Positions 29,786 through 40,318 are shown, counted from the first letter of the stretch. The stretch is 64,000 nucleotides of DNA from an uncultured Verrucomicrobiae bacterium (GCA_963765205.1 CAVXVB010000004.1:207266-271265), one strand, 5' to 3'. The notes: generated from the letters alone by a model not told the origin. Numbers and translations are program-made.

Positions 29786-30119
29786 GGTGCTAAGTGGCAG
29801 GTGGACGGCTACGTCCCGCAGAGCGGGATTTGGCGGGCCTTCTTGCATTCCGACCGGGGTCGGAAACCTGCGTTAGGCGTGAAATGTGATGTGTGGAAAG
29901 TGGATTTTCGGGTGGAAAAGGTTCGATAAAATCGGAGCCGGCCCCGGTCGTCAAGTGCTAAAGGCCAGCGGCCAAACGCCGCGGACCTCGACTGCGAGGC
30001 TGCTTTCCGACTTTGCCGCCCGACCCGAGCAGGCGGCTGGAAAAGGATGAGGGAAACCTAAAAATGAACAGGGAAAGAGTTTGAATAAGGAGATAAACCA
30101 ACGGCGCGTCAAGCGGAAT

Positions 30120-30575
30120 CTAGCCGGCGAGGAGGCTTTGGGGGAGCACCTGCTGGGGATTCTGGTTGGCGTTGAGCGTGGGAATGATCCAGGTGTCCGT
30201 GGGTTTGTAGAGGTTGAAACTGAACCAGACCGGGCCTTTTTCGAACTTCAGCACCGCATAAACGACTTCGGTGGAAGGGGTGAGTGCGACCGTTTTGTAA
30301 ATCTCGTAGCCGATAAATTTGCCGTAGCCCTTTTCAAAGTCGCCCAGGGCGCTGAGGAGCTTGGCCTTCGTCGTGAGGTCGTCGTTCAGCGGGGAACCTT
30401 TGAACCAGACTTCCACGGCGGCGGAACTGGAGGTTTTATAGGCTTCGAAGCCCTTGGTGATAATATCGGGGGCGGCGGGGCCGCTGCTCATATTATTCAA
30501 GGTGGGCAGGGACTGGGCGAAACCGGGCGCGACGAGCGCCAGAAAGAGGGCAAGAGTGGCAAGGTGTTTTTTCAT
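30120..30575 (-). CDS. Secreted hypothetical protein
   Basis: Signal peptide [33 protein letters not shown] suggests an NTF2/DUF3887-like fold. Confidence 0.7.
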   Translation of the reverse strand: MKKHLATLALFLALVAPGFAQSLPTLNNMSSGPAAPDIITKGFEAYKTSSSAAVEVWFKGSPLNDDLTTKAKLLSALGDFEKGYGKFIGYEIYKTVALTPSTEVVYAVLKFEKGPVWFSFNLYKPTDTWIIPTLNANQNPQQVLPQSLLAG

Positions 30576-30719
30576 GGAGGAGGTGGAACAAAGCATATTT
30601 CAAGATGCAGGGCGAGGGCAAAAGATGTAAAAAAGTTTTCCTCCGCGGTGATTTGGGGGTGGGCGCGCCTTTGGGTCTTGGCGTCGGGCCGCGGGGTGTT
30701 AATAGTGGCCGGCGCGAAC

Positions 30720-31787
30720 ATGACCGAAAAAATTCCCACCGTGAAGGGTGCTGCGGCGTTGCGCGGGCCGCTCAACCAGCCGGCCACGGACGGCCCGGCG
30801 GCGGCGGCCGAGGCCGGATTGCGCCCACCCACGTTCGGCGATTTCACCGGGCAGGCGAAAACGGTCGAGCGCCTGCGCGTGATGGTCGGCGCGGCCAAGG
30901 CGCGGGGCGAGGCGCTGAACCACGTCCTGCTCTCCGGCCCGCCGGGCCTCGGGAAGACGACACTCGCCTTTATCCTCGGGCACGAGATGGGCCGCAAGGT
31001 GCGGATCACCTCGGGGCCGGTAATTGAGAAGGCCGGCGATTTGGCCGGGTTGCTGACGAATCTGGCCGAGGGCGACATTTTATTCATTGATGAAATCCAC
31101 CGGCTGGCCAAGACGGTCGAGGAATATCTTTATTCGGCGATGGAGGATTTTCGCATTGATATCCTGATTGACCAGGGGCCGAATGCGCGCAGCGTGCGGC
31201 TGACGATCCCGCGCTTCACGCTGGTCGGCGCAACCACGCGCACGGGTTTGCTTACCGCGCCGCTGCGCAGCCGCTTCACCCTGCAATCGCGGCTCGATTA
31301 TTATTCGCGCGAGGACTTGGTGAAGATCGTGCGCCGCAGCGGGCGTTTGCTGGAGATGGATTTGCAGGAGGACGGCGCGCAAATCATCGCCACCCGCGCG
31401 CGTGGCACGCCGCGCATCGCGAATAATTTGCTGCACTTTGTCCGCGACTACGCACAGCAGCGCTTTGCCGGCAAGGTGACGGCGGCGGCGGCCGAGGCCG
31501 CGCTCGAATTGCTCGAAATTGACAAGGCGGGCCTCGACGAGATGGACAAACGGATTCTGCGTGTGATGGCGCACAACCATCGCGGCGGCCCGGTCGGCGT
31601 GAACACGATTGCGGTGGCGGTCGGCGAGGAGGAGCACACGCTCGAGGAAGTCCACGAACCGTTCCTGATCCAGGAAGGCTACCTGGCGCGCACCGCGCAA
31701 GGCCGCGTGCTGACGGCCAGGGGCTGGCAGGCCGCCGGCCTGCCCCCGCCGGCGAACGTGGCGGGCGGACAGGGGGAGTTGTTGTAG
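30720..31787 (+). CDS. ruvB: Holliday junction branch migration helicase RuvB
   Basis: [34 protein letters not shown]. Confidence 0.98.
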   Translation: MTEKIPTVKGAAALRGPLNQPATDGPAAAAEAGLRPPTFGDFTGQAKTVERLRVMVGAAKARGEALNHVLLSGPPGLGKTTLAFILGHEMGRKVRITSGPVIEKAGDLAGLLTNLAEGDILFIDEIHRLAKTVEEYLYSAMEDFRIDILIDQGPNARSVRLTIPRFTLVGATTRTGLLTAPLRSRFTLQSRLDYYSREDLVKIVRRSGRLLEMDLQEDGAQIIATRARGTPRIANNLLHFVRDYAQQRFAGKVTAAAAEAALELLEIDKAGLDEMDKRILRVMAHNHRGGPVGVNTIAVAVGEEEHTLEEVHEPFLIQEGYLARTAQGRVLTARGWQAAGLPPPANVAGGQGELL

Positions 31788-31808
31788 GTTTTCAAAAAAA
31801 CTTCCGTC

Positions 31809-32054
31809 ATGAAATCGAAACTCACCATCAAAGAGCATGAACGTATCGTGTTGACGACGCCGGTTTCCAGCGCGGGGTTGGAAGCGGGCGATGTCGGCAC
31901 GGTCGTGCATGTTTACCGGGACGGGAAGGCCTTCGAGGTGGAGTTCGTGGCGCTGGATGGGCACACCGCGGCGGTGGTCACGCTGGAAGCAAACCAAGTG
32001 CGCCCGGTGAAGCGCCGGGAAATCACCCACGCCCGCGAATTGGCGACGACTTGA
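31809..32054 (+). CDS. DUF4926 domain protein
   Basis: EHERIVL, GLEAGDVGTVVHVY, FEVEF. Confidence 0.8.
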   Translation: MKSKLTIKEHERIVLTTPVSSAGLEAGDVGTVVHVYRDGKAFEVEFVALDGHTAAVVTLEANQVRPVKRREITHARELATT

Positions 32055-32087
32055 TGACGCGGCTTACGCCGAAAATTGTAATACGAC

Positions 32088-32585
32088 GTGCAATGGAATA
32101 AAGTTGCGCGCGTGAACTCGAATATCATAATTACGCTTTCAATGGCCACCACGGCACAGACGAGTTTGGACTGGCGCTGGCTTATGCCGATGTTTATCGG
32201 TCTTTGGCTGGTCGTTTGTTTTTTGATGTCCTGCATCGGCGGTTGGAATTCGCTGGCTAAAAGATTTCGCAGCACCAATACAAATGCGGGCCAGTCGTTT
32301 TCATGTGTTTCAATGGGATTAGGTCGCGGATTTTTGTCGGGTGGTTATAGAAGTTGCCTGTTCGTCAGTTTTGATTCGGTTGGCATCGCCATATCCATCT
32401 TCCCTTTGTGGCGTTTCTTTCACCCACCGTTGTTTATACCGTGGAATGCGGTTTCTAAATGTAAACGAGAGCGGTTTTTGTTTTTGAATTACACGGCTGT
32501 TTACATATCTGAACCAGCGGTCAGGATGCAGTTTCGAGGACGATTGGGAAAAGAACTTTATGAGTTTTGGGGCGCGCGATCTTGA
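32088..32585 (+). CDS. AT-richer hypothetical membrane-anchored protein
   Basis: TM helix followed by GGW..LA.RF and FHPPLFIPW motifs; start uncertain. Confidence 0.65.
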   Translation: MQWNKVARVNSNIIITLSMATTAQTSLDWRWLMPMFIGLWLVVCFLMSCIGGWNSLAKRFRSTNTNAGQSFSCVSMGLGRGFLSGGYRSCLFVSFDSVGIAISIFPLWRFFHPPLFIPWNAVSKCKRERFLFLNYTAVYISEPAVRMQFRGRLGKELYEFWGARS

Positions 32586-32686
32586 GCCAAGACATGTCAA
32601 AATCATAGTTTGGAATCATGACACGGCCGAAAACCGCAATGTTTCGCACGGTTGACCTTTGTGCGAAATTGGATTGGCGTTGGCCG

Positions 32687-34036
32687 GTGTCCAAACCTGC
32701 CCGGATCGCCGAACTCGCCGCCGTGTTTCTCAAGCTCGGCTGCATTTCCTTTGGCGGGGCGATGGCGCACTTTGGTTATTTTCACGAGGAATTTGTGCGG
32801 CGGCGCAAGTGGCTCGACGAGGCGCATTACTCCGACCTGGTCGCACTGTGCAATTTTCTGCCGGGGCCGGCCAGCAGCCAGACGGTGTTCGCCATCGGCA
32901 TGGAGCGCGCGGGCCTGGCGGGGGCGCTGACGGCGTCCGTGGCTTTTTTGCTGCCGTCGGCGGCACTGATGATTTTGTTCGGCTACGGCTTCTCCGCGTT
33001 CAATGGTCCGGCGATGGTCGGGTGCCTGCACGGGTTGAAAATCGCGGCGGCGGCGGTCGTGGCCCAGGCGGTGTGGAACATGGCGCGGCGGCTGTGCCCG
33101 GATTTCCCGCGCGCGTTGCTGGCGCTCGCGGCGGCGGCGTTCGTGTTCGAGGTGTCCGGCGCGTATGGGCAAATCGGGGCAATCGTAGTCGGGCTGGCGG
33201 TGGGGTTCTTTTTCTTCAAAGTTTCGAGTTTCGGGTTTCGGGTTTCGAGTACAAGGCCCGACGAGGACGCCTCACTGAAAACCAATTCCACCATGTCTGA
33301 CTTCCCCAACCCAACCGCCATGACGCTAAGTTCGTCTCCCGAAATGCAAAACCCGCCATTGAATCTTCCCAACTCGAAACTCGAAACTCGAAACTCGAAA
33401 CTGAATATTCCCAACCCAAAACTAAAAAAATCCCATTACTGCGCCGCCGCCGCGTTGGTCGTTTACGCGGTGTTGCTGTTCATTTTGCCGGTGCTGGCGG
33501 CGGCGTCGGGTGCGCGGAGCGCGAAAGTTTTTGCCGGCTTCTACCGGGTGGGCGCGCTGGTATTTGGCGGCGGCCAGGTCTTGATGCCGCTGTTGCGTGC
33601 GGAGGTGGTGCCGCCGGGCTGGATTGGCGACGGGCCGTTTCTCGCCGGGTATGGTGCGGTGCAGGCGATGCCCGGGCCGCTGTTTTCCTTTTCGGCATAT
33701 GTGGGGACAGTGATCTTCGCGGGGCCGCGGGCGTGGCTCGGCGGGCTGCTGTGTCTGGCGGCGATTTATCTGGCCGCCTGGCTGGTCATCGGCGGCGCCC
33801 TGCCCTTCTGGCATACACTGCGCGGGCAAAGCTGGGCGCAAGGGGCGTTGCGCGGGGCGAACGCGGCGGTCGTCGGCATTTTGCTCGCGGCGCTCATCAA
33901 CCCGATCGGCGTCGAGGCCATCGGAAACTGGCGGGATCTGGCCGCCGCGCTCGCGGCATTGTTGCTGCTGGAAAAATTTCGCGCGCCGCCGTGGGCGATC
34001 GTGCTGGCCGCGGCAGCCTTGGGCGAGTTCATTTAA
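32687..34036 (+). CDS. chrA: Chromate efflux transporter (long-chain CHR) with repeat-derived linker
   Basis: LGCISFGG, LPGPASSQ, GALVFGGG, QAMPGP; GTG start assumed. Confidence 0.92.
   Translation: MSKPARIAELAAVFLKLGCISFGGAMAHFGYFHEEFVRRRKWLDEAHYSDLVALCNFLPGPASSQTVFAIGMERAGLAGALTASVAFLLPSAALMILFGYGFSAFNGPAMVGCLHGLKIAAAAVVAQAVWNMARRLCPDFPRALLALAAAAFVFEVSGAYGQIGAIVVGLAVGFFFFKVSSFGFRVSSTRPDEDASLKTNSTMSDFPNPTAMTLSSSPEMQNPPLNLPNSKLETRNSKLNIPNPKLKKSHYCAAAALVVYAVLLFILPVLAAASGARSAKVFAGFYRVGALVFGGGQVLMPLLRAEVVPPGWIGDGPFLAGYGAVQAMPGPLFSFSAYVGTVIFAGPRAWLGGLLCLAAIYLAAWLVIGGALPFWHTLRGQSWAQGALRGANAAVVGILLAALINPIGVEAIGNWRDLAAALAALLLLEKFRAPPWAIVLAAAALGEFI
33221..33425. repeat. Inverted heptamer-array element (gtttcgr / aactcga) in frame inside chrA
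   Basis: Left gtttcga-gtttcgg-gtttcgg-gtttcga; right aactcga x4 at 33371-33398. Confidence 0.9.
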
Positions 34037-34085
34037 GCGGAGCGGCGACTGAGGCCACTGAGACGATTGAGGGGCAAAGACAGTA

Positions 34086-34940
34086 GAGGCTGTCCGAAAA
34101 GTCTGCTTTGGTCAAGTGATGGGCAGATGAGGTAGTGCGATCATGAGGCAGCCGAGCGTGGCAAAAGCGCAGAAGAGCGAAGCGTGTTTTTCCCAGCGGG
34201 TGAGCAAACGACGGTGATAGCCCAGCCAGGCGATGGTGCGTTCGACTCTCCAGCGGCGGCGGTAGCGGCGCCGCGGTCGTCCGTCCTGGGTGACGTTTTC
34301 GGGCCGGCGGTTTTTGCGGTGCGGGGCGATCATTTCGATGCCCAGTTCGGCGAGGGTTTCGTCCAGTTCATCCACGTCGTAAGCCTTGTCGCCGATGAGG
34401 CGTTGCGGCTGGGCCTCGGGCTGGCCCAAGTCGAGCGTTTGCTGCACCATGTCGTGTTCGGGAACGCCAGAGGCGTCCACCGACAGCGCCAGCGGAATGC
34501 CTTGCCCATCAACGACTAACTGCACCTTCGTGCCCTTGCCCTTGGGCGACAGCCCCACGGCGTCACCACCGCCCTTGGCCGCCGCAAAGGTGGCGTCCAC
34601 GAAGCATTCTTCCACATCGATGCGCCCAACCTCAATCAAGTGCCGGATAACTTGGGCGAACAGCATGCGGAAGGCCCGCGACTGGCTCCACTGTTGCAGG
34701 TAGTCATGCACGGTGGACTTGGGGGGAAAGCTGCGTGGCAGCAGCTTCCACGGCATGCCCGTGTGCAGCATGAACAGGATGGCTTCGAACACCTCCCGCT
34801 CGTTGGCCCGGGGCCGCCCAAACACGCTGCGCTTGGGCCGTTGCAACACAGGACTTATAATCTCCCATTGTTTGTCAGTTATAAACATCCCACTCCGAAA
34901 GCACCTTCCATGCCGACTGGCCTACTTTTCGGACAGCCTC
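34086..34940 (-). mobile_element. IS5-family insertion sequence, 855 bp
   Basis: 17-bp perfect terminal inverted repeats gaggctgtccgaaaagt / acttttcggacagcctc, flanked by TA on both sides. Confidence 0.93.
34112..34888 (-). CDS. IS5-family DDE transposase
   Basis: TDKQW..GRP, TGMPW..LP, VDAT, GDKAYD, RWRVERT. Confidence 0.95.
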   Translation of the reverse strand: MFITDKQWEIISPVLQRPKRSVFGRPRANEREVFEAILFMLHTGMPWKLLPRSFPPKSTVHDYLQQWSQSRAFRMLFAQVIRHLIEVGRIDVEECFVDATFAAAKGGGDAVGLSPKGKGTKVQLVVDGQGIPLALSVDASGVPEHDMVQQTLDLGQPEAQPQRLIGDKAYDVDELDETLAELGIEMIAPHRKNRRPENVTQDGRPRRRYRRRWRVERTIAWLGYHRRLLTRWEKHASLFCAFATLGCLMIALPHLPIT

Positions 34941-34944
34941 TAAG

Positions 34945-35049
34945 GAAATTCGGCGTGCGGAGCGCGGAATGCGGAATTCAAAGTTTCCGATCTTATGTTC
35001 GACTTCCTTGCTCCTAATTCCGCACTCCGTATTCCGCGCTCCGCATTTC
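34945..35049. repeat. Inverted heptamer-array element (gcggaat / attccgc)
   Basis: 34-nt arms 34945-34978 and 35016-35049 are close reverse complements. Confidence 0.9.
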
Positions 35050-35115
35050 ACTTCCCTCGCCTTCTGCTTTGCTTCTTGGGGCAAAACTCTATAGAGCAAT
35101 GGTTGTTCGTCCCCC

Positions 35116-36377
35116 ATGCCTCCACCCACTTCGCTATCGTTTTCCACGGACGAGCTGACGCGCTATTCGCGCCAGCTTGCGCTGCCGGGCGTGGGCCTTG
35201 AGGGACAGTCGAAGTTGCGCGACGCGCGCGTGCTGCTCATCGGGCTGGGCGGGCTGGGCAGCCCGGTCGCACTCTACCTCGCCGCCGCGGGGGTGGGCAC
35301 GCTCGGCCTCGCGGAGATGGACCGCCTCGAGGTCCACAATCTCCACCGCCAGATTCTGCACGACACGCCCTGGGTCGGCATCTCGAAACTGGCCAGCGCC
35401 TACGCGCACCTGTCGAACCTCAACCCGGCGGTCGCGCTACGCGAGCATCCCGACGGCCTCACGCCGGCCAATGCCCGCGCGCTTTTTTCCTACTACGACC
35501 TCATTGTTGACGGCGCAGATAATTTTCCCGCCCGCTACCTGGCCAGCGATGCGGCCGCGCGCGTGGGCCGACCGCTCGTGCATGGGAGCATCTTTCAGTT
35601 CGAGGGCCAGGTGTCGGTGTTCGACCCGGCTCGCGGCGCGCCGTGCTACCGCTGCCTCTTTCCGAACATGCCCGCAGCCGGCGAAGTGCCCAATTGCGCG
35701 GAAGCCGGCGTATTTGGGGCGCTCTGCGGCGTCATTGGCAGCGCGATGGCCATGGAGGCGCTGAAAATCATCCTCGGCCTCGGCGAGCCGCTACGCGGCC
35801 GGCTGTTCGTCTTTGACGCGCTCAGCGCAACCGCGCGCAATGTGCAAATCAAGCGCGACCCGCAATGTCCTTGCTGCGGTCCGCAGCCGGATGCGCGCAT
35901 CGCCGCACTCGACCCGGAACTTTACGTCGGCGGCTGCGCCATCAAAGAGGAGCCGCACCGCCGCTCCGCGAACACCAACGAACGCTTTCTACGCGACCTA
36001 AACGCGTTGCATGGCGACAAAAATAATATGGCCACCCCATTGCCGGACCGGAAAATCCCCCGCTCGAGGTGGACGTGCGCCAGGCGCACGCCTGGCTCAA
36101 TTCCAAAACCCCGCCCGTCGTGCTGGACGTGCGCGAGCCGTTTGAAGTCGCGCTGTGCCGCCTACCCGGCAGCCTCGCCATCCCGCTCGCCCAAGTGCCG
36201 GACCAGCTTGAGGCCCTGCCGCGCGACCGGCCCATCCTCGTCCACTGCCACCATGGCGGGCGGAGCCTGCAAGCGGTGCTCCTCCTGCGGGCCAAAGGCT
36301 TTCCGCGCACGACGAACCTGCGCGGCGGCATCGAAGAATGGGCGGAAACCTATGACCCGAACATGCCGCGCTATTAA
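35116..36377 (+). CDS. moeB: MoeB/ThiF adenylyltransferase fused to a rhodanese domain, with a frameshift near 36045
   Basis: RYSRQ, GLGGLG, NLHRQ, PCYRC, CPCC; the rhodanese part (DVREP, HCHHGGRS) continues in another frame. Confidence 0.85.
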
Positions 36378-36523
36378 AACCACGCGCAGCCTGGGTTTCG
36401 AAATGCGTAGCGGAGTTTTGCCTTGGATTGCGTTGTCTAATTTGAAGACCATACCAGCATTTTTTTGTTCGATTTGAGGATTGGGCGGGGTCTTGATGAG
36501 AGTGAACTGTTCCGAGCAACCCG

Positions 36524-38611
36524 ATGAGCTTACGCCGCATATTTATTGCCGTTTTCATGGTTTGGCTGGGCATCATGGTGTGCGGCATTCTGCTGTCGCC
36601 TTCCAGCGTCCTTTTCTCACATGAATTTGGCCGTGAACGGCTGGCCGAAGTGTCGGGCTATTTGGACCGGTTGGTGGATTATACTTTTTATACCCTGGAG
36701 ACTTTTCTGCTGGCCGTAGTCGTGGCCGGGTTTCTCCATCGGCACAAGCGAAAGCTGCCGCGGGTGGTGGTGGCGCGCGCGGCCGTCAATGAAACCGTGG
36801 TGCGGCTGGCCTTGGACACGGGGGCGTTCATCACCCTGTTAACCAACCGGACCGCGCGGCGCCTGGGCTTGAAAACCACGCGGCTGGGCCATGTGAAGGT
36901 GAATTTCGCACGCGGGTTGTTGCGCGCCACAGAGGGGCCCGTGCGGCTGGGACTCGGGTCGCAGACCATGGTGACGCCAGCGCCTGTGCTCAACCTCCCG
37001 CCTTTTGCGCTGATGCAGGGTTACGACGGGCTGGTCGGCTGGCCGGAAGTCCGGGACAACATTCTGGTCTTCGATTCCGCCCAACACCGAGTTTACACCG
37101 TGGCCGAACTGCCGCCGGAAACCGCCGACTGGCTGAAATTAAAAATCCATCCCGCGAGCCAGCTCATTTTGGAAATCCCGCTGATGGACGGTGAAACAGG
37201 AACGCTGTTGGTGGACACGGGCGCGCCCCACGGTGTTTCCCTGCCGCCGCAGTGCTGGCTGGCCTGGCGCGCGGCGCATCCGAGGGCACCGCAAACGAAT
37301 CCCTGGCTGGCGATGTTGACGATGACTTATATGCCGGGCATGGGCGTGAGAGACAATGTCGAGGCGTGGGCGGAGGAAATTAATCTCGGTCCGTTGGCGT
37401 TGACGGACGTGCCACTGCGCGCGGCGAACGCCGCGGAACTTGGCCGCCGCGTCCATCCTGCTGGTTCGCTCGGCCTGTATGCACTCGAACGGATGGATTT
37501 AATTGTGGACGGCAAAAATGGCTTCGCTTACGTGCGGCCCAAGCCCCCGCCCGGCCCGCCCTACCCTGCCATCAAGCGCGCGGGTGTGACGAATGACGCC
37601 GCCAGGCGGGGCGATTGGACGCTCGCTGAAAACGTCGCGGTGCACCGCGAGCACCTGCAGGCCTTCGAATGCCTGAACCGCAGCGCCGCCAAGAGAATAC
37701 TGAAGGACTATGACGGTGCGCTGGCCGACCTCGACCAGGCGATTGCCCTCGAACCGCAGGAAGCGAATGGCTACTTGTTCCGCGGCCTGATTAAAATGAA
37801 AAAGAACGATTACGCCGGCGCCCTGGCGGATTTTGATCACACCCTGGCGCTTGACCCGCGCAATGTCGGCGCCTGCCTCCTGCGCGGCTGGACCAAAATT
37901 TTGCAAAGCGACGATGCAGGCGCGGAGGCGGACTTTATTCATGCGCGCGAAATCGGTGCGGGCAAATTCCACCTTTTTCTGGTGCGCCGGATGTCCCGCC
38001 TGGAACGCTGGAGCAAGCGCCGGAAGGAGATCCGCGACGACCGTGCAAAAAAGAGCGGGGTGGAAGCGGGAGCAGCTTCGACCACCGACCAGCCCACGAC
38101 CGGCGGCCTGGATGGGGCGATTATTCCCTTTTTGCTGGTTTCGTCCGCTGGCGGCGGATTGCTCTGGCTGCTGCAATCCTGGCTCGGATCCCATTTCGGC
38201 TTTGGTCTTGTGGTGGCGGCCATGGTGATCCTGTTTCCGGCGATGAGATGGATGGTGAAGCGCTACCTGTCCCCTTGCGTGGAGAATACGGGTGATGCGG
38301 GCGGCGGACGCACGCCCTTGCGGCTCGTCCGCGAATGGACATCCGACATGTTTCTATGGAATGTCCTCTTGATCCAAGGGCTGAGCAATTTCACTCTGAA
38401 CGGGCCGCAGCGGGTGTTTTGGTTCTGCGCGACCGGCTTTGCCATGACCTCGGTCTGGTATGTCGTGCTGCAGCGGCTGGCGCGGCCGCCGCCGATTCGC
38501 TTGCTAAAAAAATATCCCTTGATCGTCTTGGCCCTGCTCGGCTTTGTGGCGCTGTTGGCCTGGGTGGCGGTGCTGTATTTTTCCCTCTCCGGCCAATTGA
38601 TCGACGATTAA
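36524..38611 (+). CDS. Retropepsin-like aspartyl protease with TPR repeats and TM segments
   Basis: LDTGA and VDTGA, DGLVG, TPR-like DY.GALAD repeats, hydrophobic N- and C-termini. Confidence 0.75.
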   Translation: MSLRRIFIAVFMVWLGIMVCGILLSPSSVLFSHEFGRERLAEVSGYLDRLVDYTFYTLETFLLAVVVAGFLHRHKRKLPRVVVARAAVNETVVRLALDTGAFITLLTNRTARRLGLKTTRLGHVKVNFARGLLRATEGPVRLGLGSQTMVTPAPVLNLPPFALMQGYDGLVGWPEVRDNILVFDSAQHRVYTVAELPPETADWLKLKIHPASQLILEIPLMDGETGTLLVDTGAPHGVSLPPQCWLAWRAAHPRAPQTNPWLAMLTMTYMPGMGVRDNVEAWAEEINLGPLALTDVPLRAANAAELGRRVHPAGSLGLYALERMDLIVDGKNGFAYVRPKPPPGPPYPAIKRAGVTNDAARRGDWTLAENVAVHREHLQAFECLNRSAAKRILKDYDGALADLDQAIALEPQEANGYLFRGLIKMKKNDYAGALADFDHTLALDPRNVGACLLRGWTKILQSDDAGAEADFIHAREIGAGKFHLFLVRRMSRLERWSKRRKEIRDDRAKKSGVEAGAASTTDQPTTGGLDGAIIPFLLVSSAGGGLLWLLQSWLGSHFGFGLVVAAMVILFPAMRWMVKRYLSPCVENTGDAGGGRTPLRLVREWTSDMFLWNVLLIQGLSNFTLNGPQRVFWFCATGFAMTSVWYVVLQRLARPPPIRLLKKYPLIVLALLGFVALLAWVAVLYFSLSGQLIDD

Positions 38612-38614
38612 TCG

Positions 38615-39262
38615 CTAAATTTTATCCACAATCGAGTCGGCAAGGCCGTATTCGATGGCTTCCTGGGCATTAAGGTAGAAGTCGCGGTCGGAGTCACGCC
38701 GGATTTTTTCGAGCGGCTGGCCGGAGGCGGTGGCGAGGATTTTATTCAATTCCTCGCGGATTTTTTCCATTTCCTGCGCCTGGATGTTGATGTCCACGGC
38801 GGGCGCGACGATGCGGCCCATGATGAGAGGCTGGTGGATGAGGACGCGCGCATGGGGGTAAAGCAGGCGGCGGCCTTTGGGCGCGGCGCACAGGAGAATC
38901 GAGCCCATGCTGGCGGCCATGCCCGTGACCACAACCGTGATGGGCGCGGTGATGAGCTTCATCGTGTCGTAGAGGGCCATGCCGGCGGTAATGGAGCCGC
39001 CGGGGCTGTTGAGGTAGAAGGTGATGTCCTTGCCGGGTGCGTCGGCTTCCAAGTAGAGAAGTTTTTCGGTGACCTCGCGGCAGGAGCGGTCGCTCACTTC
39101 GCCCCAGAGCATGATTTTGCGCTGTTCGAGGAACTTGCGCTGGATCATCGCGCCGAGCGGCGCGGCCTTGCCTTCGCCCTCGGGCTGGCGCGGCGCAGTG
39201 GCAGGCGACTCGGTCTCGTCGTCATCATCGTCCAGGCGGACGGGGAAATTGTGGGCGTGCAT
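38615..39262 (-). CDS. clpP: ATP-dependent Clp protease proteolytic subunit
   Basis: YLNSPGG, GMAASMG, IHQP, DRDFY. Confidence 0.95.
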   Translation of the reverse strand: MHAHNFPVRLDDDDDETESPATAPRQPEGEGKAAPLGAMIQRKFLEQRKIMLWGEVSDRSCREVTEKLLYLEADAPGKDITFYLNSPGGSITAGMALYDTMKLITAPITVVVTGMAASMGSILLCAAPKGRRLLYPHARVLIHQPLIMGRIVAPAVDINIQAQEMEKIREELNKILATASGQPLEKIRRDSDRDFYLNAQEAIEYGLADSIVDKI

Positions 39263-39344
39263 GGCGGGCAGCGTGTAGCGAACAAGGGCGGGTTGGCAAT
39301 CTCAAAGGGCGCCCCACTTCGCCAAGGCTTCGTGGGGCAAGGAG

Positions 39345-39418
39345 TTTTTTACCACAGATGGCACGGATAAAGAAAAACAAAAATCCCTCCGTGGTATCCT
39401 TGTCATCCGTGGTAAATC
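39345..39418. repeat. Inverted 9-mer-type hairpin
   Basis: tttaccacagatggcacggat pairs with atccttgtcatccgtggtaaa. Confidence 0.75.
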
Positions 39419-39430
39419 TTTTCCAGCGGC

Positions 39431-40318
39431 CTAATACCGGCGCGGAATGCCGAAGTAGCTGAGCAGCCACGCTTCTTTCCAGACGCGGTAGCGGCCTTCC
39501 CAAGTGAGGATGCCGTGTTCTTCGTGCTGGCTGCGGGGGAAGAGGATGCCACGCTCGGTGTTCGCGCGTTCGAGGGCTTGCTGCTGCTGGTTGAGTTCGG
39601 CGATGGGTTCGTCGGTCATGGGCTGGAGCAATTCCGGGCGGCTAGCGAGGCGGCGCAGGTGGCGGCACATGAGGGCCTCTGGCGAGCGCAGCCAGGGATG
39701 GCGCTCGACCTCCCAACTGGCGGGATAAAAGCCGCCAAAGGGAAGATAGACAAAGGGCAGATAAACATTGTCGGTCACCAAGCGTACGCCGCTTTGCGTG
39801 AGGGAGGTAAAGACGGCGCAGAGGGTGACGTTGCCGGTGGGTTGCGGGTTGAAGAGCAGTTGCAGGCGTATGCGGGAGTCGGCGTCGTTGTAAACGCTGA
39901 CCCGCAGGGGCGGGCCATCGGGCCGTTCGGCTTTGAGGGACTGGACGAGCTGGAATTTTTCCTCGCGCAGCCAGTTGCGCAGGACGATAAAGCGGCGTTG
40001 GTTAGGCCAGCCGTCGGCGGCGTGGTTTACCATGAAGCGGGGGAACAGCGGGGTCTCCGCGTGGCTCAGGGCGCCGATGGCGAGCCAGCTATACATGGTC
40101 TCGAGCAAGGGCCAGAGGACAAAGCCGGTGGCGAGCCAGAGCCAGGCCGGGTGGTCGCTCTCGAGATAAACGGCGGCGTTGGCCAGGAAAAAAGCAAAGA
40201 GCGCCCAGCGCACCCAGTTGCTCAGGATCGCCACGACGGGCGAAGCCAGCGAGAATTGCGCATAGGCGAGGGCGGCGGACCCGACCAGCAGACCGCAAAA
40301 AATTGCGAACAAAGACAT
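39431..40318 (-). CDS. Hypothetical membrane protein (3 N-terminal TM plus soluble domain)
   Basis: Long ORF with typical codon usage and hydrophobic N-terminus. Confidence 0.7.
   Translation of the reverse strand: MSLFAIFCGLLVGSAALAYAQFSLASPVVAILSNWVRWALFAFFLANAAVYLESDHPAWLWLATGFVLWPLLETMYSWLAIGALSHAETPLFPRFMVNHAADGWPNQRRFIVLRNWLREEKFQLVQSLKAERPDGPPLRVSVYNDADSRIRLQLLFNPQPTGNVTLCAVFTSLTQSGVRLVTDNVYLPFVYLPFGGFYPASWEVERHPWLRSPEALMCRHLRRLASRPELLQPMTDEPIAELNQQQQALERANTERGILFPRSQHEEHGILTWEGRYRVWKEAWLLSYFGIPRRY

Noticed and set aside
30081..30719. Apparent 213-aa N-terminal extension of RuvB
   Set aside because: It overlaps a credible minus-strand gene; the ATG at 30720 gives a normal length
35116..36477. 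Programmed frameshift between MoeB and rhodanese
   Set aside because: No clear slippery heptamer at the junction, and several similar indels elsewhere point to sequencing error
39311..39338. Small hairpin gccccac-ttcgccaaggcttc-gtggggc upstream of clpP
   Set aside because: Single occurrence in the window; no function can be assigned
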